Positions 27,858 through 38,332 of a stretch of 64,000 nucleotides of DNA are shown here, one piece after another; the first letter of the stretch is position 1, and every line of letters starts with the position of its first letter. The position numbers and the translations under genes were made by a program. Below the pieces are notes generated by a model. That model was given only the letters and a program-made list of their open reading frames with translations. It made no database searches and was not told the origin of the DNA. Origin of the DNA: Bacilli bacterium (lineage in GTDB: Bacteria > Bacillota_I > Bacilli_A > RFN20 > CAG-826). The stretch spans positions 128,001 through 192,000 of the forward strand of contig JAZLKX010000052.1 of assembly GCA_045597865.1 (NCBI GenBank), given 5' to 3'.

Positions 27858-28666
27858 TGAAAAAAGTGAAGCCAAGACCAATTCCTCCGCAGTTAATTCC
27901 GCGTAGGAAAAAGGATATGGAGCGACTGGCCGCAAACCCAGCCGCTATCAAGGCTATCATTGAAATGAATAAGTCAGCAGCCGAAGTCTTGGAAAAGCAA
28001 AAAACACAACGCGCTCTAACTAGTGAAGAATGGTTAGAGCGTTCTTTTGCTATTCTACCGGAAGACTTTGATACTGATGAAATCAAAAACAAGATCCGTT
28101 CTTGTTTTAACACTGAGACGAAGGAAGCTTAATGACACATACTATGAATGGTAAACAGGTTAGTACTAATGAACTAATCAGCTTTGTAATTGCATCTGTT
28201 CTTGAAGACGTTGACAAACACTTTGATGAATACGCTGAAAATTGTATTACTGATTGGGAAGAACTTAATGAAGGCGATATGGACGCCATTGAAAAATGGA
28301 AACCTCGCGTCTTCGGCAAAATCAATACACGCTTGGGCAAACGAAATATGGTGGAACAAGATGGTTGATTTTGAAATTGGTAAAACTTACATTTCACTTA
28401 AAGGAATACCGTTTACCGTTACAGAAATGGACGGTGATAAGATAACCCTTCAATGTAGGTTGTTGAAAAAGAAAGCGATTAAAACACTTTATTGCGGTGT
28501 ATATGCTGCGTTCTTCAGTTTTGGCGAAGATAGGATCTTAGCTGAAAAGATTGTGCCGAATGAAGACCCAAGTGTTGAATATGGTTATAATAAACGAAAC
28601 GTTACAATGAACACGCATGGAGAGACATATGTCAATTTATTCAAAAGACACAAAGAAGAAGACTAA
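27857..28666 (+). other. three short hypothetical ORFs (27857..28132, 28132..28368, about 28361..28666)
   Basis: Consecutive coupled ORFs. Confidence 0.6.
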
Positions 28667-29354
28667 GACTACTAAGCCTAAGAAGAAAGAACCCGATGTT
28701 GAACTTGAATTTAGCCCAGAAGGTGTAGAAGCACTTCAAGACGGTGATATTCAGGAGGCAGTCCAGCAGGGTATTAACCCGATGGCAATTCCTGACTTGT
28801 TTAACAACATTCGTAATAACTATTATGTTGGAAATCGTATCATTTGGTTGACTGGTGAAATTGATTGGCCTGTAATTACTGAAGTAATGAAACGTCTTAA
28901 CTTCTATGAAGATGGTTCAAAGGATCCTATCTACATTTACATTTCCTCACCTGGTGGACTGTGCGATGCTGGCTGGGCTCTCATTGATATGATTGAAAAA
29001 ATCAAGAAGAAGGGTATTGATGTTTACACAATTTGTGCTGGCTCTTGCTCTTCTATGGCTGCCGTAATTCTAGCGGCCGGTACAAAGGGTTGCCGCTACG
29101 CATTCCCAAGTTCTCGTATCATGATTCATCAGGCAGGCTTTGGTTTGTTCGGACCCGGCGGTAAGCTTGATGAAATGGCAAATGAAGTTCGTGAACTTCA
29201 GTACTGGACTGATTTGACAGCTAAGTACTTTGCTAAGGTTTCTGGTAAATCCATCAAGGACTGTCAGAAATCACTCTCGTATGACAATTACATGAGCGCA
29301 CCTGAAGCAAAGAAGTTCGGCATCATTGATAAGGTTGATGTGGTATTAGCATAA
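28617..29354 (+). CDS. clpP: ClpP-family protease proteolytic subunit
   Basis: IYISSPGG, CSSMAAVIL (catalytic Ser), SRIMIHQ (His), DNYMSAPEAKKFGIID (Asp). Confidence 0.95.
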   Translation: MERHMSIYSKDTKKKTKTTKPKKKEPDVELEFSPEGVEALQDGDIQEAVQQGINPMAIPDLFNNIRNNYYVGNRIIWLTGEIDWPVITEVMKRLNFYEDGSKDPIYIYISSPGGLCDAGWALIDMIEKIKKKGIDVYTICAGSCSSMAAVILAAGTKGCRYAFPSSRIMIHQAGFGLFGPGGKLDEMANEVRELQYWTDLTAKYFAKVSGKSIKDCQKSLSYDNYMSAPEAKKFGIIDKVDVVLA

Positions 29355-29722
29355 TGCTTACATTAGAGAAAGTTAAAAGCTATCTCGCCGAAAAATATGA
29401 CATCAAAATGACCGGAGATGATCCGGTCATTTTTTCAGAATCTGCACAAAGCGGCGTTACCAGCAGATTGTCTGCATGGATGTCAGAACACATCGATGAA
29501 GTCGCTGAAGTTCTTAATCGGCTTGAAATTAACGCAGGTATCAATTTTCATGACTATTTCGCAGATGAAGACTTATTCGTTGAACTTCGTGAAATGCGAT
29601 ATTCCGACCCAGAAAAGTTTTATCTGATTCTTCGTAGTGAAGAATTGTTCCTTAATACTTGCTTAAAGATTAGCGGTGATACAAAATCCATAATTCATTT
29701 TAATCTTGAAGATCTGTTCTGA
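29354..29722 (+). CDS. hypothetical protein
   Basis: Coupled ORF. Confidence 0.65.
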   Translation: MLTLEKVKSYLAEKYDIKMTGDDPVIFSESAQSGVTSRLSAWMSEHIDEVAEVLNRLEINAGINFHDYFADEDLFVELREMRYSDPEKFYLILRSEELFLNTCLKISGDTKSIIHFNLEDLF

Positions 29723-29746
29723 CTAATAAATACAAAAAGAGGAAAC

Positions 29747-30394
29747 ATGAGTTTTAGAGATTTTTGTTCTAAGGAAAATTACACAATGCAAACTAACCCA
29801 GCAGCTATTAGACGAGTGCCACCTAAGAAACCTGCACCTCAGCCAAAGCGTCCACCGATGACTGAAAGCAGCGATATCTTGGCTGAATCTCAGGAAATGA
29901 TTGCTACATTGCAGGAAAAAATCCAGCAGGTATTTTACCGTTTTGGTATGGCAGGTCTTGAACGCCTTGATGAAGCTATCATTGATACATGTCAGCAAAT
30001 GATGTATCCTGATGGCGTGCCGCAGTCAACTCGCCGAGCACCAGCAAAAGCAGCTCCTGCTAAACCAGCAGCTAGACCGCAACCACAACAGCAGCAACAG
30101 CGTCGTCCACAGACTGTCGCAGAAATTGCTGCAGCTGCATTGAGATCTATGCCGCCAATGTACGAAGAAGTTAAATCTGCACCAGCAGCTCAACAGCCAG
30201 CGCAGCCTACATTAGAAACTGCTGCACCTATGCCTGCTATGGACAGTTCACGTCGTGCATTTAATCCGTTGACTGATATGGCTCCACCTAAGGCACCGAC
30301 CCAGACAGATTTTATGGCACAGTTTGCAGGTGAACAGCTAAGCGAAGAAGAACTAGCTATCCTTCAGCAAGGTTTAGCACAGGAAACAAACTAA
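29747..30394 (+). CDS. Pro/Ala/Gln-rich protein, probably a late or head-associated protein
   Basis: ATAAATA upstream; MSFRDF N-terminus; low complexity. Confidence 0.6.
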   Translation: MSFRDFCSKENYTMQTNPAAIRRVPPKKPAPQPKRPPMTESSDILAESQEMIATLQEKIQQVFYRFGMAGLERLDEAIIDTCQQMMYPDGVPQSTRRAPAKAAPAKPAARPQPQQQQQRRPQTVAEIAAAALRSMPPMYEEVKSAPAAQQPAQPTLETAAPMPAMDSSRRAFNPLTDMAPPKAPTQTDFMAQFAGEQLSEEELAILQQGLAQETN

Positions 30395-30661
30395 ATGTCA
30401 AAAAATAAACCTAACAAACTTATAATTAACGAAAAAGAATACAAAGACCTCGTAATTGTAAATGGTACGGTTACTGAGGCACATGCCAATGCGATGTTCA
30501 GCGTTGAACTTGACAATGGCGTGGAAGTTAAATTACCTATCTCAGGTAAAATACGAAAATTCAAGATTAAGATTACTCCGGGAGATAGGGTTCAGGTTGG
30601 CCTGAATACTTATGATCTATCTAAGGGTCGTATTTTATTTAGGCTTAAAAAGGAAGAATAG
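30395..30661 (+). CDS. infA: translation initiation factor IF-1
   Basis: [17 protein letters not shown]...[20 protein letters not shown]...[11 protein letters not shown]. Confidence 0.95.
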   Translation: MSKNKPNKLIINEKEYKDLVIVNGTVTEAHANAMFSVELDNGVEVKLPISGKIRKFKIKITPGDRVQVGLNTYDLSKGRILFRLKKEE

Positions 30662-30663
30662 GT

Positions 30664-32152
30664 ATGATTATTCCACCATATAAGCCGGACCATGAGTATT
30701 CCTATTGGGAGTTAGCAAACAAGCACCCTGAGTATGCGCAAATGCTTGGTAATGCTTGGGCTCCATACGAGGCAAAACCTGACCTCGCAGGATTACCCCC
30801 GGAAGTGGTGAAAATGATACCTCAGGAATGCCGCGAAGGCAAACCGAATGACCGTATAGATGCATGGATCTTAACCAAATAAATACTATATGGAAGAAGT
30901 GGAAGTAGCTTTAGACTTTTGGAATAAATTGAGCGAAGCGCTTGAAGACGAAAACGGCCTTAGCTGTTTGCGCCGTGTGGTAAATAATGCACGTGTGTTG
31001 AGCTCAATGATGGAAGCCAATGGCATGCTTACCGAAGCAAATAATCTTGTCAGCACAATGCAGACAATGAATAAGAAGTTGACGATGGCAACGCATAACC
31101 GTTCGGTTGATAATGTGTTGGTATTCGTATTTCTTAAATCATTGCTCACTTTGCCAACAAGAACTAAAGCATTCCGCCTTGGCCTAATTGATAAAGACGG
31201 TCGCCTGATTAAGCAGCCCAAAACAAAGGAAGAACATGACTGCATCTCAAATCTTGACTTGCTTATGTTCAAAATTCGTAAGTGGCTTGCTCCAAAAATG
31301 CAATTCTTAACCACCGTTTCTTGGCTAAAGAGCGCTGGAAACGATGCTCGTGTACAGAACTATTTCTCAAATACAGAAACTGTTTCAAGAACTTATATGG
31401 TCAATCGTGTAAACAAAGATCTTGAACGAATTTTAGATAAGGGTTAATTATGGCTTGTCCTGAATGCGAAGCACAGCGTGCCGTTTATGGATTTGTGTTA
31501 GAAGTTGGCGGAATTTACATGTCCAAGGTTGAAGAAATCAAGGCATGTTGTCCAGTTGAAGTTGAGGTAACTGAAATTACCACGCTGGACGTCAAATTCA
31601 CACACAAAGGTAAAACCTATAAAATGAACAAAAAGAAATTTCTTAGCTCAAGCTGGAGAAAATATGAGTCATTTTAAGATGCAACTAACAGAGGCAATAC
31701 AGATTCTTGAAGCCAATGGGTTTGGCGCTGAAATTACAAATAAGCGTTTGAGAAAAATGCTTGACGACGCTGGCTATTCTGATGTACATCTTATCAAAGG
31801 TGACGGATATCTTTATGTTGACTCTGATGATGCACAACATCAGGATTGGCTGAATGCTTTGGATAGCACATCAATTTATCTCAATTCATTTAATCAGCAG
31901 TCACCTGAAGAATGGTTCAATGACATTATCGTGATGCTTCGTAAAGGACGAAACGAATTCATTGCTCAGAATCCTGATGGACCTGAAGATGTAAATGAAG
32001 ACTTTGGTATTGGCGTAGGTGGTATGACTGGCGCTGACCAAGGTATACCAATGGGTGGTGACTGCAAAGCCGTTGTTGCAAAAAGAATGGACGGTGGAAC
32101 ACCTGTTAGCCGTTTTCGCAGAAGAATCAAGAAAAGAAGAAAAGCTAAGTAA
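30664..32152 (+). other. four hypothetical ORFs (30664..30882, 30890..31447, 31450..31677, 31664..32152)
   Basis: Coupled ORFs. 30890 has TKAFRLGLIDKDG, a motif I recall from conserved T4-like late proteins. Confidence 0.65.
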
Positions 32153-32637
32153 TGAACGAAGATTTTGAAAGAACAAGCGAAGTTGTAAACGGCTATTTTT
32201 ATACATACGCTTATAAAGCAATAAGCGCAGATCCTGAATACGACGAAATGCCGTTTATTTACTGCTTAGCCCCACATCCTAAAAGTCAGAATTGTTTCGT
32301 TGGCATAAATCTTCACCATTTACCAACCAGTGAACGAATAGATTTTCTTCTTGAACTTGAAAGACTATATCACATATTGGACAATGAAGAAAGAGCCATT
32401 GTAGATATTGATGTTATTAGACGAACGATGCCTTCAGCCAAACTTGCCTTGCGTGTTTATAACAGAAAAAATGTTAGCCGTTGCTATCGTGTTTTAAATA
32501 AAGCAGTTGGCAGATACATAGATAATGATGGCAATATTTACTTGGCTGAACCATCAACCATTATGAACAAGTATTGGACAAACTATGCTGGCGCTAAATC
32601 CGCCAAATCTCAGGAGCCTGAACAAAAGGAAGAGTAA
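32152..32637 (+). CDS. gp2: DNA end protector protein, T4 gp2-like
   Basis: FYTY.Y.A.....YDEMPFI......FVGINLHHLP...R..FL. Confidence 0.7.
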   Translation: MNEDFERTSEVVNGYFYTYAYKAISADPEYDEMPFIYCLAPHPKSQNCFVGINLHHLPTSERIDFLLELERLYHILDNEERAIVDIDVIRRTMPSAKLALRVYNRKNVSRCYRVLNKAVGRYIDNDGNIYLAEPSTIMNKYWTNYAGAKSAKSQEPEQKEE

Positions 32638-32917
32638 TCGTTTGAATTACGGCTTAATTTATCATACACTGATTAGCCGCGCACAAACTCGAGACGAATA
32701 CATACCATATACCGAGCAGCATCACATACTGCCTCGGTCAGAAGGTGGATCTAATAAGAAAACAAACAAGGTGGAGCTTACGCCCAAAGAGCATCACCTA
32801 TGCCATTTGTGCTTAATAAGAATGGGCATGTGCTTAAAGTATTGTTTTAGACATTTGAATATCCGCGAGTATTGCGAAATGAAATACCAAGAAAAGAAAA
32901 AGAAGCATCTCATTTAA
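32585..32917 (+). CDS. short HNH endonuclease (MobE-like catalytic domain only, possibly degenerate)
   Basis: Y..IY..LI.RA..R....YTEQHHILPRSEGGSN...N.V.LT.KEH..CH; no long C-terminal DNA-binding domain; true start uncertain. Confidence 0.75.
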   Translation: MLALNPPNLRSLNKRKSNRLNYGLIYHTLISRAQTRDEYIPYTEQHHILPRSEGGSNKKTNKVELTPKEHHLCHLCLIRMGMCLKYCFRHLNIREYCEMKYQEKKKKHLI

Positions 32918-33004
32918 CATTCAAGAATAAATTTTTTGGTTGCTAGCCGTAAAATGCTAGCAACTTTTTTATATTTTAATCAGAAATCAAATAAGAGGTT
33001 TTTA

Positions 33005-34885
33005 ATGGGTGAATATACCGCAAACAGCATTGACTTTTTGAAAGGTCTTGAAACTATTCGTAGAAGAGCCGATATGTACGTCGGCGCAACTTCCGGAGAT
33101 CCATCCGCTGCATTGTATCGTCTGTGTCGTGAAGCTATTGATAATTCTCTTGATGAATATCTTGGCGGTCACAACAAGCAGCTTTATGTTTTCTATGACA
33201 GCAAAACATTTGAAACGACCGTTGTAGATAATGGTCGTGGCATTCCTGTTGGCTACAATGAAAAAGCACAGCAGGATTCTTTGACTCTTGTATTTACACA
33301 GCTTCATGCTGGTGGTAAATTTGACCACGATGCATATAAGACATCGTCAGGTAAGAACGGCATTGGCCAAAAGGCTATCTCTGCACTTTCTAAACGCCTG
33401 CAGGTTTGGTCAAACAACAGCAAGGGCAAAAAGTGGTATACACAGGTTTTTGAAAAAGGTGAAATCAAATCAGAAGTTCTTCATAATGATCCGCCTAAGG
33501 AATTGAAGAGCTTAATTTCCACCACAGGTACAATTTTAAGATGGACACCTGACCCAACAATTTTCACAGATAGCTGCCGTCTTGATGTTGCCCGTTTGAA
33601 ACACGAGCTTCATGACATTCAGTATCTGTGTCCATTCTTGCACATTCATATGATCATTGATGGAGAGGAAATTGAATTCTTCTCTGAAGATGGACTTGGC
33701 GAACTTGTCGCAAAGAATCCGACTGATGATTGCATTTTTTCTTATTCAGATGAATTTACGGATGTAGCATTGAATTTTACAAAGGGCGATGGAACAACAT
33801 TTAAGTCCTATGTGAATATCTGTTACACAAATCTTGGTGGTACACATCTTGATGGCTTGAAGAAGGCTATCACGAATGTTGTCAAGGATAATTCAAAACA
33901 GAAGATTACCAATGACGATATTCTTGAAGGCGTAATTGGCGCCATTCATCATCGCATGGCTGAACCTCAATATCAGGGACAGACAAAGAACGAACTTACT
34001 AACTCCGAAGTTGAAAAGGAAATCATTGACAAGATGACACCTGCTTTGGAAAAGTTCTTCAAGAAGAATAAAGATGTTTTGAAGCGTATTGTTGAGTACG
34101 CTGAAAAGATGCTTGAACAAAGAAATAAGATGAAAGCATCTAAGGACTTGTTGAAAGGTCTTAAGACACTTAACGCTTCTGCAAACAGAATTTCTGATAA
34201 ATTCCTTGATGCTGACCGCCGTAAGTTCAAGAATCCTAAAGATCTTGAAATGTTTATCGTTGAAGGTGACTCTGCGGGCGGTCACTTTAAACAAGCTCGT
34301 GAAGGTTTCCAAGGTGAACTTAAGATCCGCGGTAAAATCATTAACGCTGCGAAAGCAAATCCGGAAGACTTGTTTGGCAAGCCTGGCAAGAAGGATGGAA
34401 AAGACGGTAACCGCGAAATCAAGGATCTTGTAGCTGCTTTAGGTTGCGGCGTTGGTGAAAATTATGATGAAGCAAAACTTCGCTTCAACAAGGTCATTAT
34501 TCTGTCTGACGCTGATGTTGACGGACAACATATTGCTAACCTTTGTTTGGCATTCTTCATCAACTATATGCCGGATCTTGTAAAGAACGGACATGTCTAT
34601 ATCATTGATGCACCGTTGTTTATCGCTACATCTGCAAAGCATAAAGTATTTGGTATGACTCGTGCTGAAGTTGACAATCAGATGAAGAAACTGAAATGTT
34701 CAGATTATACCGTTACACGTCTTAAAGGTTGGGGTGAAACTTCCGCTGAACAGTTGAGCGAACTTTGTCTAAATCCGAAGACAAGAAAACTCATTCAGAT
34801 TAAATGGACTGACGCTACTGAAAAGATGTGCGAATCTACAATGGGTGGCGATGTTGCATTCCGTAAGGAACTGCTCGGAATTTAA
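33005..34885 (+). CDS. gyrB: type IIA topoisomerase B subunit (GyrB/ParE-like)
   Basis: LKGLETIRRRADMYVG, EAIDNSLDE, DNGRGIP, LHAGGKF, VEGDSAGG, DADVDGQHI, RLKGWGE. Confidence 0.93.
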   Translation: MGEYTANSIDFLKGLETIRRRADMYVGATSGDPSAALYRLCREAIDNSLDEYLGGHNKQLYVFYDSKTFETTVVDNGRGIPVGYNEKAQQDSLTLVFTQLHAGGKFDHDAYKTSSGKNGIGQKAISALSKRLQVWSNNSKGKKWYTQVFEKGEIKSEVLHNDPPKELKSLISTTGTILRWTPDPTIFTDSCRLDVARLKHELHDIQYLCPFLHIHMIIDGEEIEFFSEDGLGELVAKNPTDDCIFSYSDEFTDVALNFTKGDGTTFKSYVNICYTNLGGTHLDGLKKAITNVVKDNSKQKITNDDILEGVIGAIHHRMAEPQYQGQTKNELTNSEVEKEIIDKMTPALEKFFKKNKDVLKRIVEYAEKMLEQRNKMKASKDLLKGLKTLNASANRISDKFLDADRRKFKNPKDLEMFIVEGDSAGGHFKQAREGFQGELKIRGKIINAAKANPEDLFGKPGKKDGKDGNREIKDLVAALGCGVGENYDEAKLRFNKVIILSDADVDGQHIANLCLAFFINYMPDLVKNGHVYIIDAPLFIATSAKHKVFGMTRAEVDNQMKKLKCSDYTVTRLKGWGETSAEQLSELCLNPKTRKLIQIKWTDATEKMCESTMGGDVAFRKELLGI

Positions 34886-34888
34886 GGA

Positions 34889-35086
34889 GTGCTTATGCCT
34901 AAGAAGGTAATGGTATTTTACAAGCCTTTGAACTGTTTAAGTAAGCCAGAATTTGATGTAGCCCACGAAGTTATCATTCCTGATAGCTGGAGTGACGCAG
35001 AAATCAAAGAATGGTATACGAAAAGACATTCACACATCAACGGTGTTGGGATAAAAGTATTTGATATTACTTACTTAGATAATTGA
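34889..35086 (+). CDS. hypothetical protein
   Basis: AAGGAG RBS, about 65 aa. Confidence 0.6.
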   Translation: MLMPKKVMVFYKPLNCLSKPEFDVAHEVIIPDSWSDAEIKEWYTKRHSHINGVGIKVFDITYLDN

Positions 35087-35111
35087 CAAAGCTAATGTAA
35101 GTTAATATATT
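35083..35111 (+). promoter_or_regulatory. sigma70-type promoter TTGACA-17-TATATT
   Basis: Perfect -35 box with 17-nt spacer; next ATG 6 nt downstream of the -10 box (possibly leaderless). Confidence 0.7.
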
Positions 35112-35117
35112 TACTAT

Positions 35118-35489
35118 ATGAACAGGGGTGATTTTATCAGCAAGATCTTACGCCGTTATGCAGCGTTTTACGATGAACGCATTGTCAAGGTTGACCGAGG
35201 AATGGCGGTTCATTTCAACTGGAAGTATGATACGGCTTTCGCAATGAAGCCTATCTTTACAGCAGACAGTATTTTATATGACTATTCGGCGCTGCTTGAC
35301 ATGGAAGTCAACCGAGAGAACTATGAAAAGTTCCTGCGTGATCCGTGCATGGGTGTCAAAGCATTTGAAATAAGCAAAGTCTCGTATAGTAAAGCTGAAG
35401 AAATCATGCTGCGTAATTTACATGCACACGAAAGATTTGAAAAGCTAATCGCAAAAGCAGAAAAAATTAAAACAATCATGGAGGAATAA
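35118..35489 (+). CDS. hypothetical protein
   Basis: 123-aa ORF coupled to the topoisomerase A subunit. Confidence 0.65.
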   Translation: MNRGDFISKILRRYAAFYDERIVKVDRGMAVHFNWKYDTAFAMKPIFTADSILYDYSALLDMEVNRENYEKFLRDPCMGVKAFEISKVSYSKAEEIMLRNLHAHERFEKLIAKAEKIKTIMEE

Positions 35490-36964
35490 TGGGTATCTCC
35501 GACTTTCTTGAAGTAGAAACTGATCCCAATCAGAAGACTGTTGATGCTGACAGCCTTTTAAAGAAAAACATTTATGATTACGGTATGGATGTTATATCCG
35601 ATCGCGCGTTATCCGACTACCGTGACGGACTAAAGCCTGCACAAAGACGCTTGCTTAAGGCAGCTGAAGATCTTCATGCAACTTGGAACAATAAGACCGT
35701 TAAGTCAGCTCGTATCACAGGTGACTGTATGGGTAAGTATCACCCGCACAGCGCTGCTTATGGTTCACTTGCCACAATGGCGACATGTGAATATCCGATC
35801 ATTCACGGGCAGGGTAACTGGGGATCTTTGACTGATGGACCGGCTGCGGAAAGATATACTGAAGCGAAGATTTCACAGCTTGGCATGAAGATGCTTGAAT
35901 GTAATGATGTCGCTGATATGGTTCCAAATTACACAGGTGAATTTATGGAACCCGTTGTCATTCCGACTCGTTTTCCAAACTTCTTTGTCAATGAATGTTC
36001 AGGTATCGCTGTTGGTTTATCCGTGAACATTCCGTCACACAACCTTAAGGAAATCGTTGAAGCGATGAAGGTCGTTGTTAAGAAGGGTCAGGCAACAAAG
36101 GTCAAGGATATTATGAAGTATCTGAAAGGACCTGATTATAAGTACGGCGGACATATCATTTCAACACCAGCAGAAATCGCGGAAGTATATGAAAAGGGTG
36201 AAGGCTCAATTAAGTATGAATGCGATTATACATTAAAGGCAGAAAAACGAAATGTACTTTTGACAGTCACTGGCTATTGTCCTGGCTTCTCGCCGAATGC
36301 TTTTATGAAAAAGATGGACGATCTTATTGATGAAAACGTCGTCTTATATGTTAACGATTCTTCAACCAAAACTGACCCATGTAAGATTGAAGTTTTGATT
36401 AAGTCAAAGGAAGATTTTGAAAAGAAGATTCATAAGCAGCTTATTAAAGCAGAATCTTATCGTTTCTATGCTATTGAACGAACAAAGTCTAACGCTGTTG
36501 AGAAAGATGTTGATACATCTGTATTGATTCCTAATATGGTTGACCTGATGAATATGTGGGTTGACTGGAGAAAGGATATTGAGACTAAAATGTGTAATGT
36601 TGAAAAAGGCATTACACAGGACAGGAAAAAGAAGGCTGAATGGCGTCTTCTTGCAAGCAAGAATTTGAAGGTCATTATGAAGGGTCTTGAAAGCGATGAT
36701 CCTATTGCATACATTGCTGAAAATCTTCCTGGCTTAAAGGGTGAACCTGATGCAACTGAAGGTGCTAAGTACATCTGTGACCAGCGTGTAATTTCACTTC
36801 GTAAGATTGACCAGGAAAAAACTGAACAGGACATCAAGGATCTTCAAACTCACATTAATGAACTTGACTATGACATTGCACACATTGCCGATGTTGTCAT
36901 TCGTGAACTTGATAAACTGAAACCGTTCTTCCGTGACAGAAAGTTGGCAGTCAATAATGAATGA
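35489..36964 (+). CDS. gyrA: type IIA topoisomerase A subunit (GyrA/ParC-like, no C-terminal pinwheel)
   Basis: RALSDYRDGLKPAQRR, KSARITGDCMGKYHPH, GQGNWGS, AAERYTE (catalytic Tyr), SGIAVG..NIPSHNL. Confidence 0.93.
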   Translation: MGISDFLEVETDPNQKTVDADSLLKKNIYDYGMDVISDRALSDYRDGLKPAQRRLLKAAEDLHATWNNKTVKSARITGDCMGKYHPHSAAYGSLATMATCEYPIIHGQGNWGSLTDGPAAERYTEAKISQLGMKMLECNDVADMVPNYTGEFMEPVVIPTRFPNFFVNECSGIAVGLSVNIPSHNLKEIVEAMKVVVKKGQATKVKDIMKYLKGPDYKYGGHIISTPAEIAEVYEKGEGSIKYECDYTLKAEKRNVLLTVTGYCPGFSPNAFMKKMDDLIDENVVLYVNDSSTKTDPCKIEVLIKSKEDFEKKIHKQLIKAESYRFYAIERTKSNAVEKDVDTSVLIPNMVDLMNMWVDWRKDIETKMCNVEKGITQDRKKKAEWRLLASKNLKVIMKGLESDDPIAYIAENLPGLKGEPDATEGAKYICDQRVISLRKIDQEKTEQDIKDLQTHINELDYDIAHIADVVIRELDKLKPFFRDRKLAVNNE

Positions 36965-38051
36965 GCTTAATCTAAAGCCAGCGATGGAATATGAACATAT
37001 AGGGACGAAGTATTGCTTTAATGTAATTGACTCCCTATACATTCAAGCTATACCCTTTGATAAATTTGAGAAGGGTTATGCTTGGTTTTCTTGTCCGTGC
37101 TTTTGCTATGCAAGTATCGTGAAGAAAATTCATGACCAGTATAATGATGTATGCAACTTTCCGTTAGAGATTCTTAATTCAGAAAAACGAATTGAATTCT
37201 TGAAACGAATTATTGAGCGAAAAGACTATAAAGACTGCTGGGGTTGTCCAAAGCTTGAAATGGCGCCGACAACAGGATTTTGGAATCGTGATGATTTTGA
37301 GTATGCTTGGGGTGAAGGTGGCCTTGACATTTGGCGCCAGTATGCAAATAGGAAACTGACCAATCCGTTGCCTTACACAATTGTGTTCAACCTAGATACA
37401 TCGTGTAACTTGAAATGCAAGACTTGCCGTCCTGATTACATTCGTCATACATACGACATTACTGAGGAAGATTCAAAACAGCTTATTGAAATGGCTAAGA
37501 TGGTTCCTCATATTTCCATTGGCGGTGACGGTGAATTTTTTGCTAGTCATAACTATGATGCTTTATTAGCTGCTGATTTGACTGAGAATAGTAAGCTAAG
37601 ATATATAACACTGTATACGAACGGCACACTGATGAATGAAACGAACTGGAACAAAATCAATCTTGCCACAAGACAGAAACTTATCAAGGAAATCAAGGTA
37701 AGTATGGACACTGCTTGCGAGGAGACCTATTTGAAGGTTCGTGGTCCGTGGTGGAATCAGCTAATGAAAAACCTTGACTTCATTCGGCCTATCGCAAAAA
37801 CTTATGGCATTGAAATGTTCACGACATTTACTATAAGCAAGTATAATGTTCAAGATGTTTCAAAGTTTCATGACTTTGCTAAATCGTTAGGCTTTGACCG
37901 CGTAATGTTCCAGTTTGCTCGTGAGATATTCCACCCAGAGCTTGGGGAAGGTGAAGACTTTATTGTTCCGCCTGACCAGCGAAAGGACATTATGGACTAT
38001 CTGCTTGAACTTCAAAGACAGGAAGGGCCAACGAAGGTAATCATTGAATGA
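36957..38051 (+). CDS. radical SAM protein with N-terminal Cys-rich (SPASM/twitch-like) domain
   Basis: CNLKCKTC, GGDGEFF, YTNGT, VSMD...ETY.KVRG; extra CPC and CWGCP. Confidence 0.9.
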   Translation: MNELNLKPAMEYEHIGTKYCFNVIDSLYIQAIPFDKFEKGYAWFSCPCFCYASIVKKIHDQYNDVCNFPLEILNSEKRIEFLKRIIERKDYKDCWGCPKLEMAPTTGFWNRDDFEYAWGEGGLDIWRQYANRKLTNPLPYTIVFNLDTSCNLKCKTCRPDYIRHTYDITEEDSKQLIEMAKMVPHISIGGDGEFFASHNYDALLAADLTENSKLRYITLYTNGTLMNETNWNKINLATRQKLIKEIKVSMDTACEETYLKVRGPWWNQLMKNLDFIRPIAKTYGIEMFTTFTISKYNVQDVSKFHDFAKSLGFDRVMFQFAREIFHPELGEGEDFIVPPDQRKDIMDYLLELQRQEGPTKVIIE

Positions 38052-38332
38052 TAAAACATATTAAGATTAAAGCAAGCGAACTTACAGAGGAGATGGCATC
38101 GTCTCCTCTTTTTCCTAGTTTTGTAAGAAAGCAAATTGCTGACATAGCTGAGGCCATCGCCCGAGATAAGATTGCCATTTCACAGAACCCATGGATGGAC
38201 GAGAATAAAGAACTTTGGCTTAATAAATATGAACACATGGAATTGAGCTTTTATTATGATGACAGTAATAACAATGACAAGCTGGCCGAAACGAATACAT
38301 CGAGTGAAGCCAGCGATAGAACGTTTTCTTAA
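38048..38332 (+). CDS. hypothetical protein
   Basis: ATGA-coupled ORF overlapping the next gene. Confidence 0.55.
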   Translation: MIKHIKIKASELTEEMASSPLFPSFVRKQIADIAEAIARDKIAISQNPWMDENKELWLNKYEHMELSFYYDDSNNNDKLAETNTSSEASDRTFS

